Origin: Eledone cirrhosa
Lineage: Eukaryota
Direction: 5' to 3'
NCBI GenBank assembly: GCA_964016885.1
Contig: OZ024741.1
Coordinates: 141,298,001-141,362,000 of the forward strand
Length of the DNA: 64,000 nt
This document shows positions 30,588 through 47,416 of this stretch, one piece after another. Numbering within the stretch: position 1 is the stretch's first letter; each line of letters begins with the position of its first letter. Below the pieces are notes generated by a model that was given only the letters and a program-made list of their open reading frames with translations, had not been told where the DNA came from and did no database searches. The position numbers and the translations under genes are program-made.

Positions 30588-32587
30588 GTATATCTAATAT
30601 ACATGAGGTAATAATATGATATAATTATAAGTATAAGTAGCACATATAATATATAATAAACTATACAATTATATACTATATAATATAATATAATAGATAA
30701 TCTCCGTTTAACAATATAGGTGTCACAATAATACTATAATAATAATATAATAACATATATAATATATAATATATAATGGCATGCAAGTTAACAAATCAAT
30801 TCATAAAGAGTTACAGAGTAGGTGAGAAAAAAATATATATAAATTGTACAATACCCAAAATTATGATGGTACAAAAATATAAACATCTTACATGATATAT
30901 AAAGTTTAACATATCACAATGGTACATATAATCAACGGTAAGTAATAAGGATCGATAGTACAATAACAAATACAATATAAAATAATTAACATAATATAAT
31001 ATATAATTACTTATAATTACAAGGATGGTATAAACAGATATATATGTGGATGAGTGAGTAAGGGCCAGACAGTAAATAGAATGCACAGTAGTATTAATAA
31101 ATAAAAAAAATAGAATCAACCGGAAATTAAAAAAACAAAAAACAAAAGTATATACTTAGGTCTCACATGCAGTTAAGTAAAAACTTAGGAAACAACCCAG
31201 GTAAATGACTCGAAAACCCTATTTGATAAATTAATATTAAAAATATTTAAAATATCTAATAAGGCAATACAATATTAGCTATGGTTTAAGTAATCAACAT
31301 TTATAAACGTTAATATTTCACTACAAATAGATATATAAAGGAATGGAATTTTCTACTATCATTTACATAACGATATCTAAAAAACTGACTTAAGCAGAAT
31401 TATGGTAGGCTAATAGGGACAGAAAAAAAGAAATGTATGAGGGATACAAAGGAGCATAAAATCATAGTCAATATACTATATTAAATAATAGAAAGGAGCG
31501 TAAAAGAGGGGGGATTAAATATAATCATAATCTATTTGGAGGGGTTGACAATAAGTGTATGTGCGCATGGGGGGGGGAGTGTGTGTGTGTTGGGGGGGGG
31601 GGGTATCCAAAGAAGAATCCAAATAAAATAAAATAAAATAAAATAAAATGAAATAAAATAAAATAATGTAAAATATATAATCAGATATATACTCATAAGG
31701 TGTTAATAGTGAAAATTTAATGCGTAAGAAGATAGATATGGTATAGTAGCCAAACGATTGTGAGAGCTAGAATAAAGAGTTGTCAAAAACCAATGATAAT
31801 AATGATGATAATAATGGTGGTAAACAAAAAGAACCTAAACTAAAAAAAAATAAGTAATGGAATATATCAGCTAATGGATACAATTTACACTACTAGAATC
31901 TTTAGGTTTATAATAAAAGTAAGAATTAGAAATAGAGTGGGGGCAAGAAGAGAATATCTCAGACTTTCTATTAAGTAAGGATTCGCTAGAGAAAATTATA
32001 GAGTGTGTCTCGAGGATACAGAGATTACAAAATTTAGTATGTGTAGAAAGGTTATTAGAGCGTGCTACTAAACGCCAATTAAGGCTATATGGTATATTAG
32101 CCCCCTTAAGATCCCAGATATAGTGTGCTAAAGAAGTAGAATTCTTAAACTTAACATGTTTGAAATTAGGCTTATGAGAATTAAACCTAGTCTTAAAAGT
32201 GTTAGAAGTAGAGCCTATATAAGTTCTATTAGAGGAATTAGTTATAACTACGCAAGCATAGACGATGTTCTTAGAGAGGCAGTTACCGTTTAAAGGGCAG
32301 TTAGCACTCACTCTACAGTTACACTTCCGGGTGCTATTGGTTGGCTGAAGTGGTGATGCATTACACGTAGGATTGCTATTAGATAAGGTCTGCTCTGGTG
32401 GTAAGGCATTTCCAGATCTGTTCAGACTAGTAGTATGTAGAGAGGAGAATCCATCCCTAATTTTCCTATTGTTAGTGCTAGCTAGCTAAATGAGAACTAA
32501 TATTAGGGGTGGTCCTTAATAGGATGAAACATTGTTGGCTAATAAAGACTTTTGATGTATTGAAGGCTTCTTTGTTTTACTTTATAA
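29953..32587 (-). mobile_element. 5'-truncated Penelope-like element (GIY-YIG + long AT-rich 3' region) with inverted terminal copy
   Basis: ORF 31871-32311 CPLNGNCL..NIVY..YIGSTSNTFKTRFNSH..CNLC. 32512-32587 is the reverse complement of about 30053-30129. Confidence 0.88.
30102..30139 (-). ncRNA. Canonical minimal hammerhead motif
   Basis: gcc-CTGATGA-gtcct-taat-aggac-GAA-AC-att-GT-T-ggc, then AATAAA. Confidence 0.82.
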
Positions 32588-32590
32588 TAA

Positions 32591-36120
<3,530 letters not shown>

Positions 36121-38250
36121 GGTCAAAAATACCATATAGACACAATATAGATACCATATAGACACAAACACATATATATAGTCTAACAAAATTCTTTCGT
36201 TGAACATCTGCAACATCGTCAGTGGTGCTATTATGTTTAATCCCGTTGTATTGTATGCCTACGCCATCTTTATTTAGTCTGTTTATTTTTTTTTTTTTTG
36301 TCTTCTCTGCGCATGCGTTTGCGTGTGTGTATAGTGTTTTGTTTGATGTGTGTTCGTGTTTGGGTGACTGTGTATTGGTTATTGTATTCTATCTTAGTTT
36401 ACTAGTGTGTGTTTATATGTGTTTGTTGTTATTGTGCTTGTGTATGCATTTATTTATTTATACTTCTCTTAGGTCAGTGTTGTTTGTTTGGGTGTTGTTG
36501 TTATTCCATTCATTTTTTCTGTTTAGCCTTGGCCTTCTAAGTTCTATTTCGCTGGCCTCTCTGATTTGCCTATTTGTTGGGTCATTTCTATGTTTCGATA
36601 TTATTTTAATTTCTATGTTGTCTATGTTACCTTCGTGTTGTTGTATGGCATGTTCGTATAGTACTGAAACGTTTTTTCGTCTTTTTAGTTTACTCCAGTG
36701 TTGGTCTATCCTTTCACCTATGCTACGAGCTGTCTCGCCTATGTATGTTGTTGTCATGTTTCTGCAAGAACCCTCTGTACATCTTATGCTATAGACTACG
36801 TTTCTAGTTTTACAGTTTATCCGGGGGTTTACTTTACATATAATACATTTCCTATTAGTACAGTGGGTTTTCTTAAAAGGGTAGGTTTTGCTGATCAGGG
36901 ATTTTATGGTGGTTCCTGGCTTTTCTACCACCTTAATCTTTAAGTGGGTCTTTCTCAGGGCCTTTCTACACTGGTTAGCTAATTTCTCTCCAGGGGTATC
37001 GTCCACAAACATGACACTCTGGTATCTCTGGTTGTCGTACCATGAGGTGGCTTTCCCTATCTTATGTCTAGTCCTATCTAAGCTATTCCATGATTTGCTC
37101 CTGTATAATGGGCAAATTCCTTTCATGTCTAGTTCTATGAGGGTCTTATACTTCTCCGTGGCTCCTTCGTATACTCTGATTCTGTCTCTCAGGTTGTAGC
37201 CAGAGAACTGCATGCGGTTGATGAAGTGTTGGATGTGTCTTTCCATTTCTGTTGGGTCGCACATGCGGAACACGTTCTTCATCACTCGTACTAAGTCTGC
37301 GATAAGAATATTAAACTTAGCACTACTGGACATTGCTGAGTTTTTGAGTATCAGGTATTTGGAGGCCATGGGTTTAGCATAGTGTGAGTGGAGGATTTGA
37401 GCTCTCTCGTCTATAGTGTTAATCCAGAGTTTCGTGTCTAATACAGGTAGTCTATTGTTAGGGTGTTTGGAAGGGTAGTTGATAGTTACAGTTATACTTT
37501 GGTGTATGGAATTAGCTATCTGCTGGATGCTTTCCATTGTGTTACGTTCTAAATCAAACTTGTTAGTACTGTAACTATCGACTACCCTTCCAAACATCCT
37601 AACTTGTTATAACTGTAACTATCGACTACCCTTCCAAACACCCTAACTTGTTATAACTGTAACTATCGACTACCCTTCCAAACACCCTAACAATAGACTA
37701 CCTGTATTAGACACGGAACTCTGGATTGACACTATAGACGAGAGAGCCCAAATCCTCCACTTGTTAAATATATATACATAGATATATTGTTATACTTGGG
37801 GAGGGTCATATGTGTGTAATAATATTGCCAGAATTAATAACAGAACGCACTCACTGTTTGGTTGGTTTTCGCTTCTGTGTCTTTTATATCGGTTAATTTA
37901 ATTTATTCGGTCCTCAATGTTACATTGACTGACCAACGGTCAAAAATACAGATTCAATATAGACACAAACACATATATATAGTCTAACAAAGTTCTTTCG
38001 TTGCACACCTGCAACATCGTCAGTGGTGCTGTTATGTTTCCTTCCGTTGTATTGTATGCTTACGCCATCTTTATTTAGTCTGTTTATTTTTTTTTTCTCT
38101 GCGCATACGTTTGCGTATGTGTACAGTGTTTTGTTTGATGTGTGTTCGTGTTTGGGTGACTGTGTATTGGTTATTGTATTCTATCTTAGTTTACTAGTGT
38201 GTGTTTATATGTGTTTGCTGTTATTGTGCTTGTGTATGTATTTATTTATA
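36121..38250 (-). mobile_element. Penelope-like element, 5'-truncated, with directly repeated terminal regions and an inverted, stuttered junction
   Basis: ORF 36458-37597 has an RT C-terminus (LPVLD, YAKPMAS) and GIY-YIG (VVYSIRC, YIGETAR). About 36155-36461 is repeated at about 37957-38250. Family-B hammerhead cores at 36185-36228 and 37986-38029. Confidence 0.9.
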
Positions 38251-38259
38251 CACACACGC

Positions 38260-39018
38260 AATCTTTCCCCTCTACAAATTTAAAGATAATGCCACCCACA
38301 CCCAGCGCATCAGCAAAGAATCTCACTTTATTAACAAATACGGACCCTGTCTAAACACTTCTCCCTAAGATGAACCCACAACATACACACGTCAACATAC
38401 ATACCTACATCAGCATACAACTCTATCCACATATAAACACAATGACATACGTAAACACACATGTTCTATGGTGCAACACAAATATACACAAATTTGCATA
38501 CCTTTTGATGTCTATAGATATAAACGTGCCGACACACACACATACATAAATGCACACATTAATTGCACACTGATGGGCACATACATATTTGTACACAAGT
38601 ATTCCAATACGGCAAGGCCTAATGGATTCCCCTTGCAGTACGTACAATCTGGACACACACACACACCTTGGTATTATGCCAATACTATATATCATTTCAC
38701 ACCTTTTATTATTAAGTTTTTTTATGTTCTATTGAGAGAATCGTTTTTACTGAAAATATCGAATAATGTACACCATTTTTACCAGTATCACAAAAATACT
38801 GGTCCACCCACACACACACACATTCCACACACACACACACATATATATACACACACACATACACACGCGTACATTAACATACAAAGAGACACACACTCAC
38901 ACACACACTTCTCCGTATAAGACAAGAGCTGAAAAATATCTTTTAACATGTTAAAATATCCCCCACACACGTACAAACACATTCCTACTGACCATCCCTC
39001 TACCACGAATTACTCTGC

Positions 39019-39079
<61 letters not shown>

Positions 39080-39590
39080 ACACACTTGTGAACTGTCAAC
39101 AGGCTGCGGTTCGCACACACATCCCTGCTGACCATTATGACAACAACGAACCTCCTTACTACTACTACACACACACATATTTGTTTTGAAAGACTTATTT
39201 TTCAGTGACTTCTCAATCAGCCGACACAAACCTACATTTGGCGCAAAATCAATTTTTAACATTCACATGACCTCTACCGACCAATCAAAATTGTTTTGAC
39301 CACAAGAATGTTTGCAACACAAATTGGCGCGAAACTTATTTTAATACATCTGGAGCCACTTTTTTCACATAAAACAGGTAGAATTTCCAAAACTAATCAG
39401 ATTAGAGGAAACATCACGGGCGCTCTATCTCAAAATTATTTTTGAAAAGCATTAGAAATGCGCAACCGGTAGAACTTAAAACCAAAACTGAATACTAACC
39501 AATACTATTACTAATTTTCACTTATTCCTAATTAAACTATTTTTCACTGTGAACAATTTGTAAGCATTTTCTTTTCCGTTTACCAATATA
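38260..39590 (+). mobile_element. Old Neptune-like PLE 3' fragment
   Basis: 38262-38369 IFPLYKFKDNATHTQRISKESHFINKYGPCLN resembles VFPFYLCANNTTEQMRINKENMFIQKYRPTLN at about 63130-63235. Degenerate family-C hammerhead at about 39440-39475. Confidence 0.65.
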
Positions 39591-41791
39591 TATATATATA
39601 TGTATATGTGTGTGTGTATTTGTATATATAGTCGCATACGCAAGATCATTGTTTATTTTCCAAACACTGCCATTATCGCCACTATAATATTCACTGACTT
39701 TGTATTTTCAGTTAATATTTCATTTTATTGTGTGTGCATTTCACTACTCGTGATGTACGTGTTTTCCTGTGCCTAGTGTTCGTAAAAGATATATTTATAT
39801 TTGCGTGAAGGCGCTTCGCTACGTATTTAAGTTGCTCGCTTCACGGTTGTGCTGTATTTATTTCGATTTCCACCGGTGCATTATGTCCTTGAGTAACTTC
39901 CTTTATTTCATGTGTGCTTCGATCCAAGTAGCTACCAAAAATGAATTCTACTTTCAAATCAAAGGGCCAGCTAGCCTTGTCACAGAATTTGTCGAGCTGA
40001 ACCTCCCGGAGAATTGCGTTGTTTGTTTAATGTTCACGTACTTGCATGTTATTCTCACGAATGATCTGTTCCGTTGGTCAACAAATGACAACACACATCG
40101 TTGGATCCGACGGAGTTTCAACACTATTTGTTTGTGTATATTGGTATTGCGTGTCTTTGTTGTTGATGTATGGGATGTATAGCTCTAGTTTAATTCTAAC
40201 GAAAAGAAGACTTACTTTTAACTCCACCCGGTCGTAAACATCACATTTTACCGTGTGGTTTTCCATTATGTTTTGATTTGAGAGCGATTTAGCTGCTTCT
40301 TCTAGCAAACCAAAACTACGTCATGTTTCGCTTGTTTAATTGGCTCCTTCGTTGATTGTGTGATAATGATGTTAATGACAAGGCGAGTGTTTAGATGGTG
40401 GTGTGGGATTATATTCATTTACTCCTTTGTTATTTTTACTTTAATGTTTTGTTTTCCACATGCTTTAATTGTCACATCTCCTTGGTGACGCCATTGTTAT
40501 CTTAATCATATTTTTAATGGCTCAAAGTCGATACAGACAGAGTATAACACTCCTACCATCATTCAACTCGGAAAATGTATTTGAGAGATCAAATTTATAG
40601 CCAACATCAGTTGGGGGATTTATCTAATTCCCCCACCTCATGTTTCTAATCGTTTGTGTTGTCTTTGGTTTTCTATTGATTGATTTCGCTAATGAAAGGG
40701 TCAAGATGACTTTACTTCACTAAAGGTTTGCGCTTGCCTTCAACATATGTATTTTTTCATTCTAAAAATATATGATTAATTACGACTATAATGTACAAAA
40801 TCAGTTTATCTGTAAGACGTTATGATTGATATTTAATATACGAGCACATTATTTAAATATAGCTATCATTTCAATATTAATGGGTATATTTTTTAGTCTG
40901 TTTCTATGTACACGTACACATATATATACATACAAAAATGTATTTGAGGTGGCAGTGGTGGCGGTGCTTCTGTAGGTGGTGATGGCGGCGGTGGAGGTAC
41001 TTGCAAAGATTCTATCTGGAATGATTTCTCTGTGACGAGGTGACGGCAGCTCACTATATACGTGTTTGTGTGTGTGCGTGTGTGTGTGTATATATACTCA
41101 CGCAGGCACATACATACACATATATATATAAATATATATATATTTATATATAGTCTTCGCGTCTGTCTCTCAGTAGCCAAGGAAAACATAATTTGTATCT
41201 GTGGATATATATGTATATGTGTGCGTGTGTGCCCAACTACCGCCACACCAGAAATAGAGTGCATTAAACTACAGACATAACAACAACAAACTCACATGTT
41301 TTAGTTTAGATGCCTTCCACCGTCAACTGGAGCGGCAGTTGAGATACTTGGACATATGGTAAACTGGAATGTTGCCAATATTACAAAGCAGTAGCAAAAT
41401 AGATGTTAACGTCGAGAGAATTAAGTCCACAAATCCACCACAGTTATTTAAATATGCACCCTCCAAACTGAATTAAACATAAAACCATCCTTCATAGGAT
41501 TGGAACTCAGATCGTAAATATTATCAGTTGTTAAGACCACATCGCTAACACATTATTCCAACTACACGGTCCTTTTAACATACAATATAGAGAATATTTA
41601 TAAACAAAGAACTCCCAGCTCTGACGATGAGAGATATTTATTACTTTATATATATTACATATATATATGTGTGTGTGTGCGTGTGTGTGTGTGATGATTG
41701 TGTGTATATATATATATATATATATACATACATATGGGCGTGTATGTAATGATTGTATATATAAACATACATACATACATACATACATACA

Positions 41792-41822
<31 letters not shown>

Positions 41823-42682
41823 GGGCGCGCGTGTATGTGTTTGTATTTCACATCTATCACTTTCAGAGACTTCATTTATCGATCTAGTACTAATCATATG
41901 GTCAAAGAAATTGCTCAGAACATTAGAAATAGCTCCTAAATCGATATAATAAATTTAGACCGGACTTTAAAAATAAGTATCACATTTGATATAATTTAAT
42001 AGAGCTAATAGTGTTTCCCAAAACTTAAATCGTCCATGACTCAAAAGATAAAATACAAACATTATTTATATAAATATTTCGTATCTGTATAGGCATCTAA
42101 ATCCGATCTCATCTCTTTTTATTTCTATAGAATCCAGCCTATAAAGTAAATAAAATATGTCAATGGAAATATGAAGCCGAAAGGAAATAATGGAACGATT
42201 GTGTTGCGAATATAATCTACACCAGAGACGATATATCACGATGTTCAAATAGTAAAATAAAAAAGAGACTCCCAAACATCACCACCAAAATAAGATTTTA
42301 AACAAAGAAACATGATTTTAGCTTTGTTCTGGGAAGGCACCAAACTATCTTTTTGTTACCGACAATCGATTCACCTATACATGTGTGTGTGGGGGGGGGT
42401 GCGTGTGCTATGAGAAGGCTTGGGGAGGCTACAAGCTGAAAGCGCGAAAGTGAACAATCAGAACTTTACATTATATATATATATATATATATATAAATTA
42501 ATACAATAACAGAGATAGTTTAAAGCTAATCTCTGACTGGTAACCATCTCACTCAACAAACATTAGGTTATATTTTAATATAAACCCAATTTAAGTGTTT
42601 GGGGTGCTAACTTTATGTATTATGTGGAAAAGCCGGTTGTATTATTTTATGAGATATAATTAAAGTTAAAATATATCTCTCA

Positions 42683-42807
42683 TTCCAAACAATTGTTTCA
42701 TTATAAGTTTTCTACAAATTCGGAGAATATTTCCAGTTTATGTAGAAGCCTAATATACATTCATGTAAGAATATATTTAGGTGGGTGCTTATAAATCATC
42801 AGTGGAA
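42683..42807 (-). ncRNA. Hammerhead ribozyme with about 90-nt branched stem II (downstream copy)
   Basis: ttcca-CTGATGA-t-ttataag-[insert]-cttataa-t-GAA-AC-aatt-GT-T-tggaa. Confidence 0.78.
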
Positions 42808-43680
42808 GCCCATTAAACTTTGATATAAGAAAAACATTTCTTACCATAGTTAAAAATCATGTCTGTTAATTTGCTCCCTCCCGCATCGAATGACCGGCAA
42901 ATTTGAAATTCCAGCAGTTTTTGACTGAGAAAGTATTGTAGCGTCACTAAGCGGGAAGGGGAGACAACCAAGATCCACGAAAGGAGGAAAAAAAATAATA
43001 TACACGCGGGTTAATCAGTCTTTTCGAAAACATTATCAATCCAACGTGTTAAGAACTCAATTGAAATTTAAAAAATAAATATATGCGTGTATAAATTACA
43101 CACGCATATAGATATTTTCTTAGGCTAAAATCAGAGGTTGTACCTGAATAAGAAACCGCATCTCGTAACCGTAGTAAATAAAGAAAGTTATGCTTTAAAG
43201 GGCAAATAGGAATGTAAATCTCCGGCCGAATTAAGAGTAAAATATAAAACACACGCGGGTTAATTAGTTATTTCAAAGCTAATATCAATTCCTCGTGTAA
43301 AGAACTCAATTAATTTTAAAAAATAAATGTATGCATGTAATTATATACATAGGCATATATATATTTTCCTAGGCTAAAAAACAGAGAAGTTACAACCAAT
43401 AAAAACCACAATATCGCACAACAGTAATAAATACGGAAAGTCAATTTTATAAGGTACCTGGAAATAAACACCTCTGGCCAATCAAGAGTAAAATATTAAT
43501 ACAATAACAGAGATAGTTTAAAGCTAATCTCCGACTGGTAACCATCTCACTCAACAAACATTAGATTATATTTTAATATAAACCCAATTTAAGTGTTTGG
43601 GGTGCTAACAATATGTATTATGTGGAAAAGCCAGTTGTATTATTTTATGAGATATAATTAAAGTTAAAATATATCTCTCA

Positions 43681-43805
43681 TTCCAAACAATTGTTTCATT
43701 ATAAGTTTTCTACAAATTCGGAGAATATTTCCAGTTTATGTAGAAGCCTAATATACATTCATGTAAGAATATATTTAGGTGGGCGCTTATAAATCATCAG
43801 TGGAA
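43681..43805 (-). ncRNA. Hammerhead ribozyme with about 90-nt branched stem II (upstream copy)
   Basis: Same structure as 42683-42807, 998 nt away. Confidence 0.78.
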
Positions 43806-44884
43806 GCCCATTAAACTTTGATATAATGTATATGTATGTATATATATATGTTCATATATATGAAGATGCGTTTCTACTTTTGCGTACTTCAAGTTATTGA
43901 ATAACCAACCGTTATGTACATTTCTGAGGAGCCATCCAATTCTTATGTAACGATAACTTAAGCGGACCCGTCCTAATCAGGCGACATTTTAATAAGTTGG
44001 TGATATGACGACCGAAGAGAGACAGAAAGCAGTTTCAACGTTCATGTATCTGTTGTATTAAAAGAGATAAACAGAATGTGTGAACGAAAGAGAGAAAAAG
44101 GACGGTGTTGAGGGTCACGGAAGCAAAGACGAAATATATGGTATTCATTTATCCATATGTCTTTATGGATGGGAGATTGTAGGAGCATGAGTGACAGAAA
44201 AGTAAAATAGGAAATACTTTTTTAAAATGTTAGTCCCGTTATGGAAAGGAGATGGTGTCTATGTGGGAGAGAGTGTGTATGTGTATGCGATGGCGTGTGG
44301 TTTGTGCTGAATATGTTTGTTTTTGTTTAACCTACACTGTACGAAAAATATTGTTTATTCTCACATTATGCCTGAGTAAAATATCCCTTCTTGGTGCATT
44401 CAGTCATTTGTTCAAATTATTCGATTAATTTTATGTTGTATATATGAAAATATATACTATATATATTATTTGTGTGTGCGTGAGGCGTGTAACTGATAAA
44501 TAAAGCATGTAAATGCTATATTGAGATTTGAACCTTGATATCAGTTTCTAATTAAACCACGGAATTCCCACGTGGTCAGCTCTAAAGCCAATTCTTATGC
44601 AGTTTTAGAAAGTTGACTTGCCTTTGGCTGAATAGTCTTTAAGGCGGGGAATTGGCAGAGTCGATAATAAGTCAGATAGAATTGTTTATTTCTCCACCTC
44701 GAAAGGATGATAGGAAAAGTTGGCCACCATGGTATTTAAACTCAGAACAAAAAGAAACGGAATGAGTAAGGTGGTAGGGGGCACTTACACTTTAGTGTCA
44801 GGGTTATCAAAGGCCAGTGTTCTGTGTGATTTTATATATATATATATATGTGGTGGGGTGTGTGTAGGGGGATAGATAGGTGCG

Positions 44885-44978
44885 TGTGCAATGTGAAATG
44901 GTGTATTGCTCAAGTACAGAACGAAGCGCCCAGTTTGATTGTGAATCCAACGTTCTAACCACTAAACCACGCACCTTC
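44885..44978 (-). mobile_element. tRNA-derived SINE head fragment
   Basis: Reverse complement ggtgcgtggtttagtggttag...cttgagcaa carries an A-box and is similar to 48895-49137. Confidence 0.55.
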
Positions 44979-45034
44979 ACACACACACAAACACACACAT
45001 ACACAGACCCATATATACATATATATATATATAT

Positions 45035-45540
45035 AAAGAAAAAAATATGAAATTGAAAATGCAACTGGAGTCTTATTTTTTTTTAAATATATATATTTAT
45101 TTGGTTCCTTTACCGGTTTCGCAGTTCTTCTGCTTTTCAAAAGTAGAGTTGAGATGGAGGGTCTGTGGTTTTTCTCACATCTGGCTGGTCTCTGAATGTT
45201 ACTTGTTTTATATGGAAAAAAGTGGCTCGAAATGCCAGGTTTTTAGAAAAGTAATTTGATTGGTTGGTCAATAATTATAATACATTTCGCGCCAGTTCTT
45301 CAAACAGGGGGGGGGGCACAGGTTGTTTTTTCATATATGAGTGTCATCTCAACTCTACTTTTGAAGAGCAGAAGAACTGCGAAACTGGTAAAGGAACCAA
45401 ATAAATATATATATATATTTTTTTAAATAAGACTCCAGTTGCATTTTCGATTTCATCTTTTTTTCTTTTATACTTTCACTCGTGTAGGACACCTCGGTTA
45501 TTTTTCCTTTTGTAAAAAAAAAAAACCTCACTTTCTAATA
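45035..45540. mobile_element. Inverted pair of Neptune-like PLE terminal repeats, hammerheads at 45108-45143(-) and 45358-45393(+)
   Basis: 45035-45344 matches 61990-62321 directly; 45345-45540 is the inverted copy. Confidence 0.85.
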
Positions 45541-45686
45541 TATATATATATTTAGGTTTGTTGGTTCACCACTGGATAGAATTGCTCATTCCGTATGGTC
45601 AATCTCGATGTAATATTATGGAGAGTACTCAACGTAATGCAGCTCACCCGTCTTCGTTTGTGTAGTTTGTGGTGCCAGTACGGAGT

Positions 45687-45809
45687 TAATTATTATAATA
45701 AAATAACAGGAGGCTGGACTTGTGTAAATCCTTGAAATGATCATAGTATAATAAACCTTTCAAGGATTTACACAAGTCCAGCTTCCTGTTATTTTATTAT
45801 AATAATTAT
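45687..45809. repeat. Fold-back with about 50-bp arms
   Basis: taattattataataaaataacaggaggctggacttgtgtaaatccttgaaa and its reverse complement; related to 13215-13240. Confidence 0.85.
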
Positions 45810-47416
45810 ATATATATATATATATATATAGAATAAGGAAAAGCGAAGTAGTTTCAGATGTTCAAGTCCTTTAATAATAATGCTGTGATATATATTTCAG
45901 TGACGACACTGGCCACACTGTTCTGTGTGCGAGTGTCGTGTCATCATCAGACAGCTTGTTACATAATAAGGTTATGTTTCCGAGGCAATCCAAATTGGAT
46001 ATATATATATGTATGTATGTATAATGCCGTTGATACACCATATATTACTAAAGATTAGTCATGAGTGTAATGTACGAAACCAGTTTATATTTAAAAAATT
46101 ATGATTAATACTTATTATACGTGGTATACTTTTTGAATCCAGCTATCATTTCAATATTAAATAGATGTGAATGTGTTCCGTTTTAAATTACCGTGTAATA
46201 CCATGGAGCTGTAACTCGAAATGGAGTGTCAGGGCGTCTAAGTGGTATATGGTGTATCAATGGCATTTGAACATAGAAGAGCACATCATTCTTCAGGTTA
46301 GAACATAGCCAAAAATTAAATGAGAAATTGACTGCTATATTCAACCTCGTAGAGATGAACCCCAAATTCGACATCAGTAGAATTGAAATCCGAACTTAAA
46401 AGCTCGTAACTAACTGCCACATGGCATTCAATCAAGTATTCTCAGTAAAATGGAATGGACCTCTGCCGGTTTCGACGAAGAATGTTTCAGTTTTTCTATC
46501 AACCAAACAGCCTGGCAATGAAATAAATGTGTATGTGACTGAGTATTTCATAGGCACGTGTACCCATAACGTAACTTACATGGAGATTCAGCGTGACACA
46601 GCGTGTAATAAGGTCGGCTCTATCAATTACAGATACAGTCCATCCGACAGATTTCCTAAGAGTTCCAATGCCCCCAATTCCACTAATAAGATAATGGGAC
46701 CCCTTGAGGCTATATTAAATGACATTTTACCAAGATGCCCCTCAGTGGGATGGAACCTGTGAAGCAAACAATTCGGCGATGCTGCGTCAAGACTTAATAG
46801 AATGAGATTAAAATAAATGTCAACCTGCTTGTTCTAGTTGAAAACTAATAACCCTTGCAGCATCTATGACAATGCAAGGAAATGAACTATGTAGTAGCTG
46901 GATTGCAAGTCTTGTATCAATAAAGAACACTATGATAATGATTGCTTAGTAGTCAGGTGTAGCTATCACAATAGCATTGTTATGAAACAATTTATTAACT
47001 AACGCTAACAGCAGTAGAGGCTGTGGTAGTTGCTGCAACTGCAGAATTAAACATTTACAATGGGATAATAAAATAATCAACAGGAATAGAAGCAGCCAGG
47101 AGTTGAAAAAACAATAGTAATAAATACAATGAAAGAAAGTAAGCAGCTGTAATGAAAAGAAAACTGATGTTTTCAACTATTATTTATAGTAATCGACTAT
47201 TATTATTGTCATCACCGTTGTGAGGGCTACATTTCAAATTACAAAGTCTTTCAATGCTTAAGTCAATCGGATGTCTACATTTCTAGCTACAAGCTTAAAA
47301 TCTTCTAAAAGACAAGAATTCGGGGTTCGATTATCGCAAGCGTTGCCGACTACTATTTTCCATTTCCAGGGGTACTTTGATTTTTTTCATTAGTTATAAT
47401 GATCTATTATTATATT

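Larger units (their letters stand above)
42497..43826 (-). mobile_element. Non-coding retrozyme-like / non-autonomous PLE-type element with 332-bp direct terminal repeats
   Basis: 42497-42828 and 43495-43826 differ at about 6 positions and each holds a full hammerhead. The interior has two diverged copies of about 249 bp (from 43002 and 43251). Flanked by TA-rich tracts. Confidence 0.8.

Noticed and set aside
37560-37597. N-terminus MFGRVVDSYSTN of ORF 36458-37597
   Set aside because: It derives from the inverted stutter junction, not the true protein start.
40940-41010. Proline-rich minus-strand reading (PPPPSPPTEAPPP) as a host exon
   Set aside because: Low-complexity GGT/GGC run flanked by microsatellites, with no recognisable domain.
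43924-43995. CTGAGGA-gcc...ggc-GACA hammerhead-like string
   Set aside because: GAAA is mutated and stems I and III were not found.
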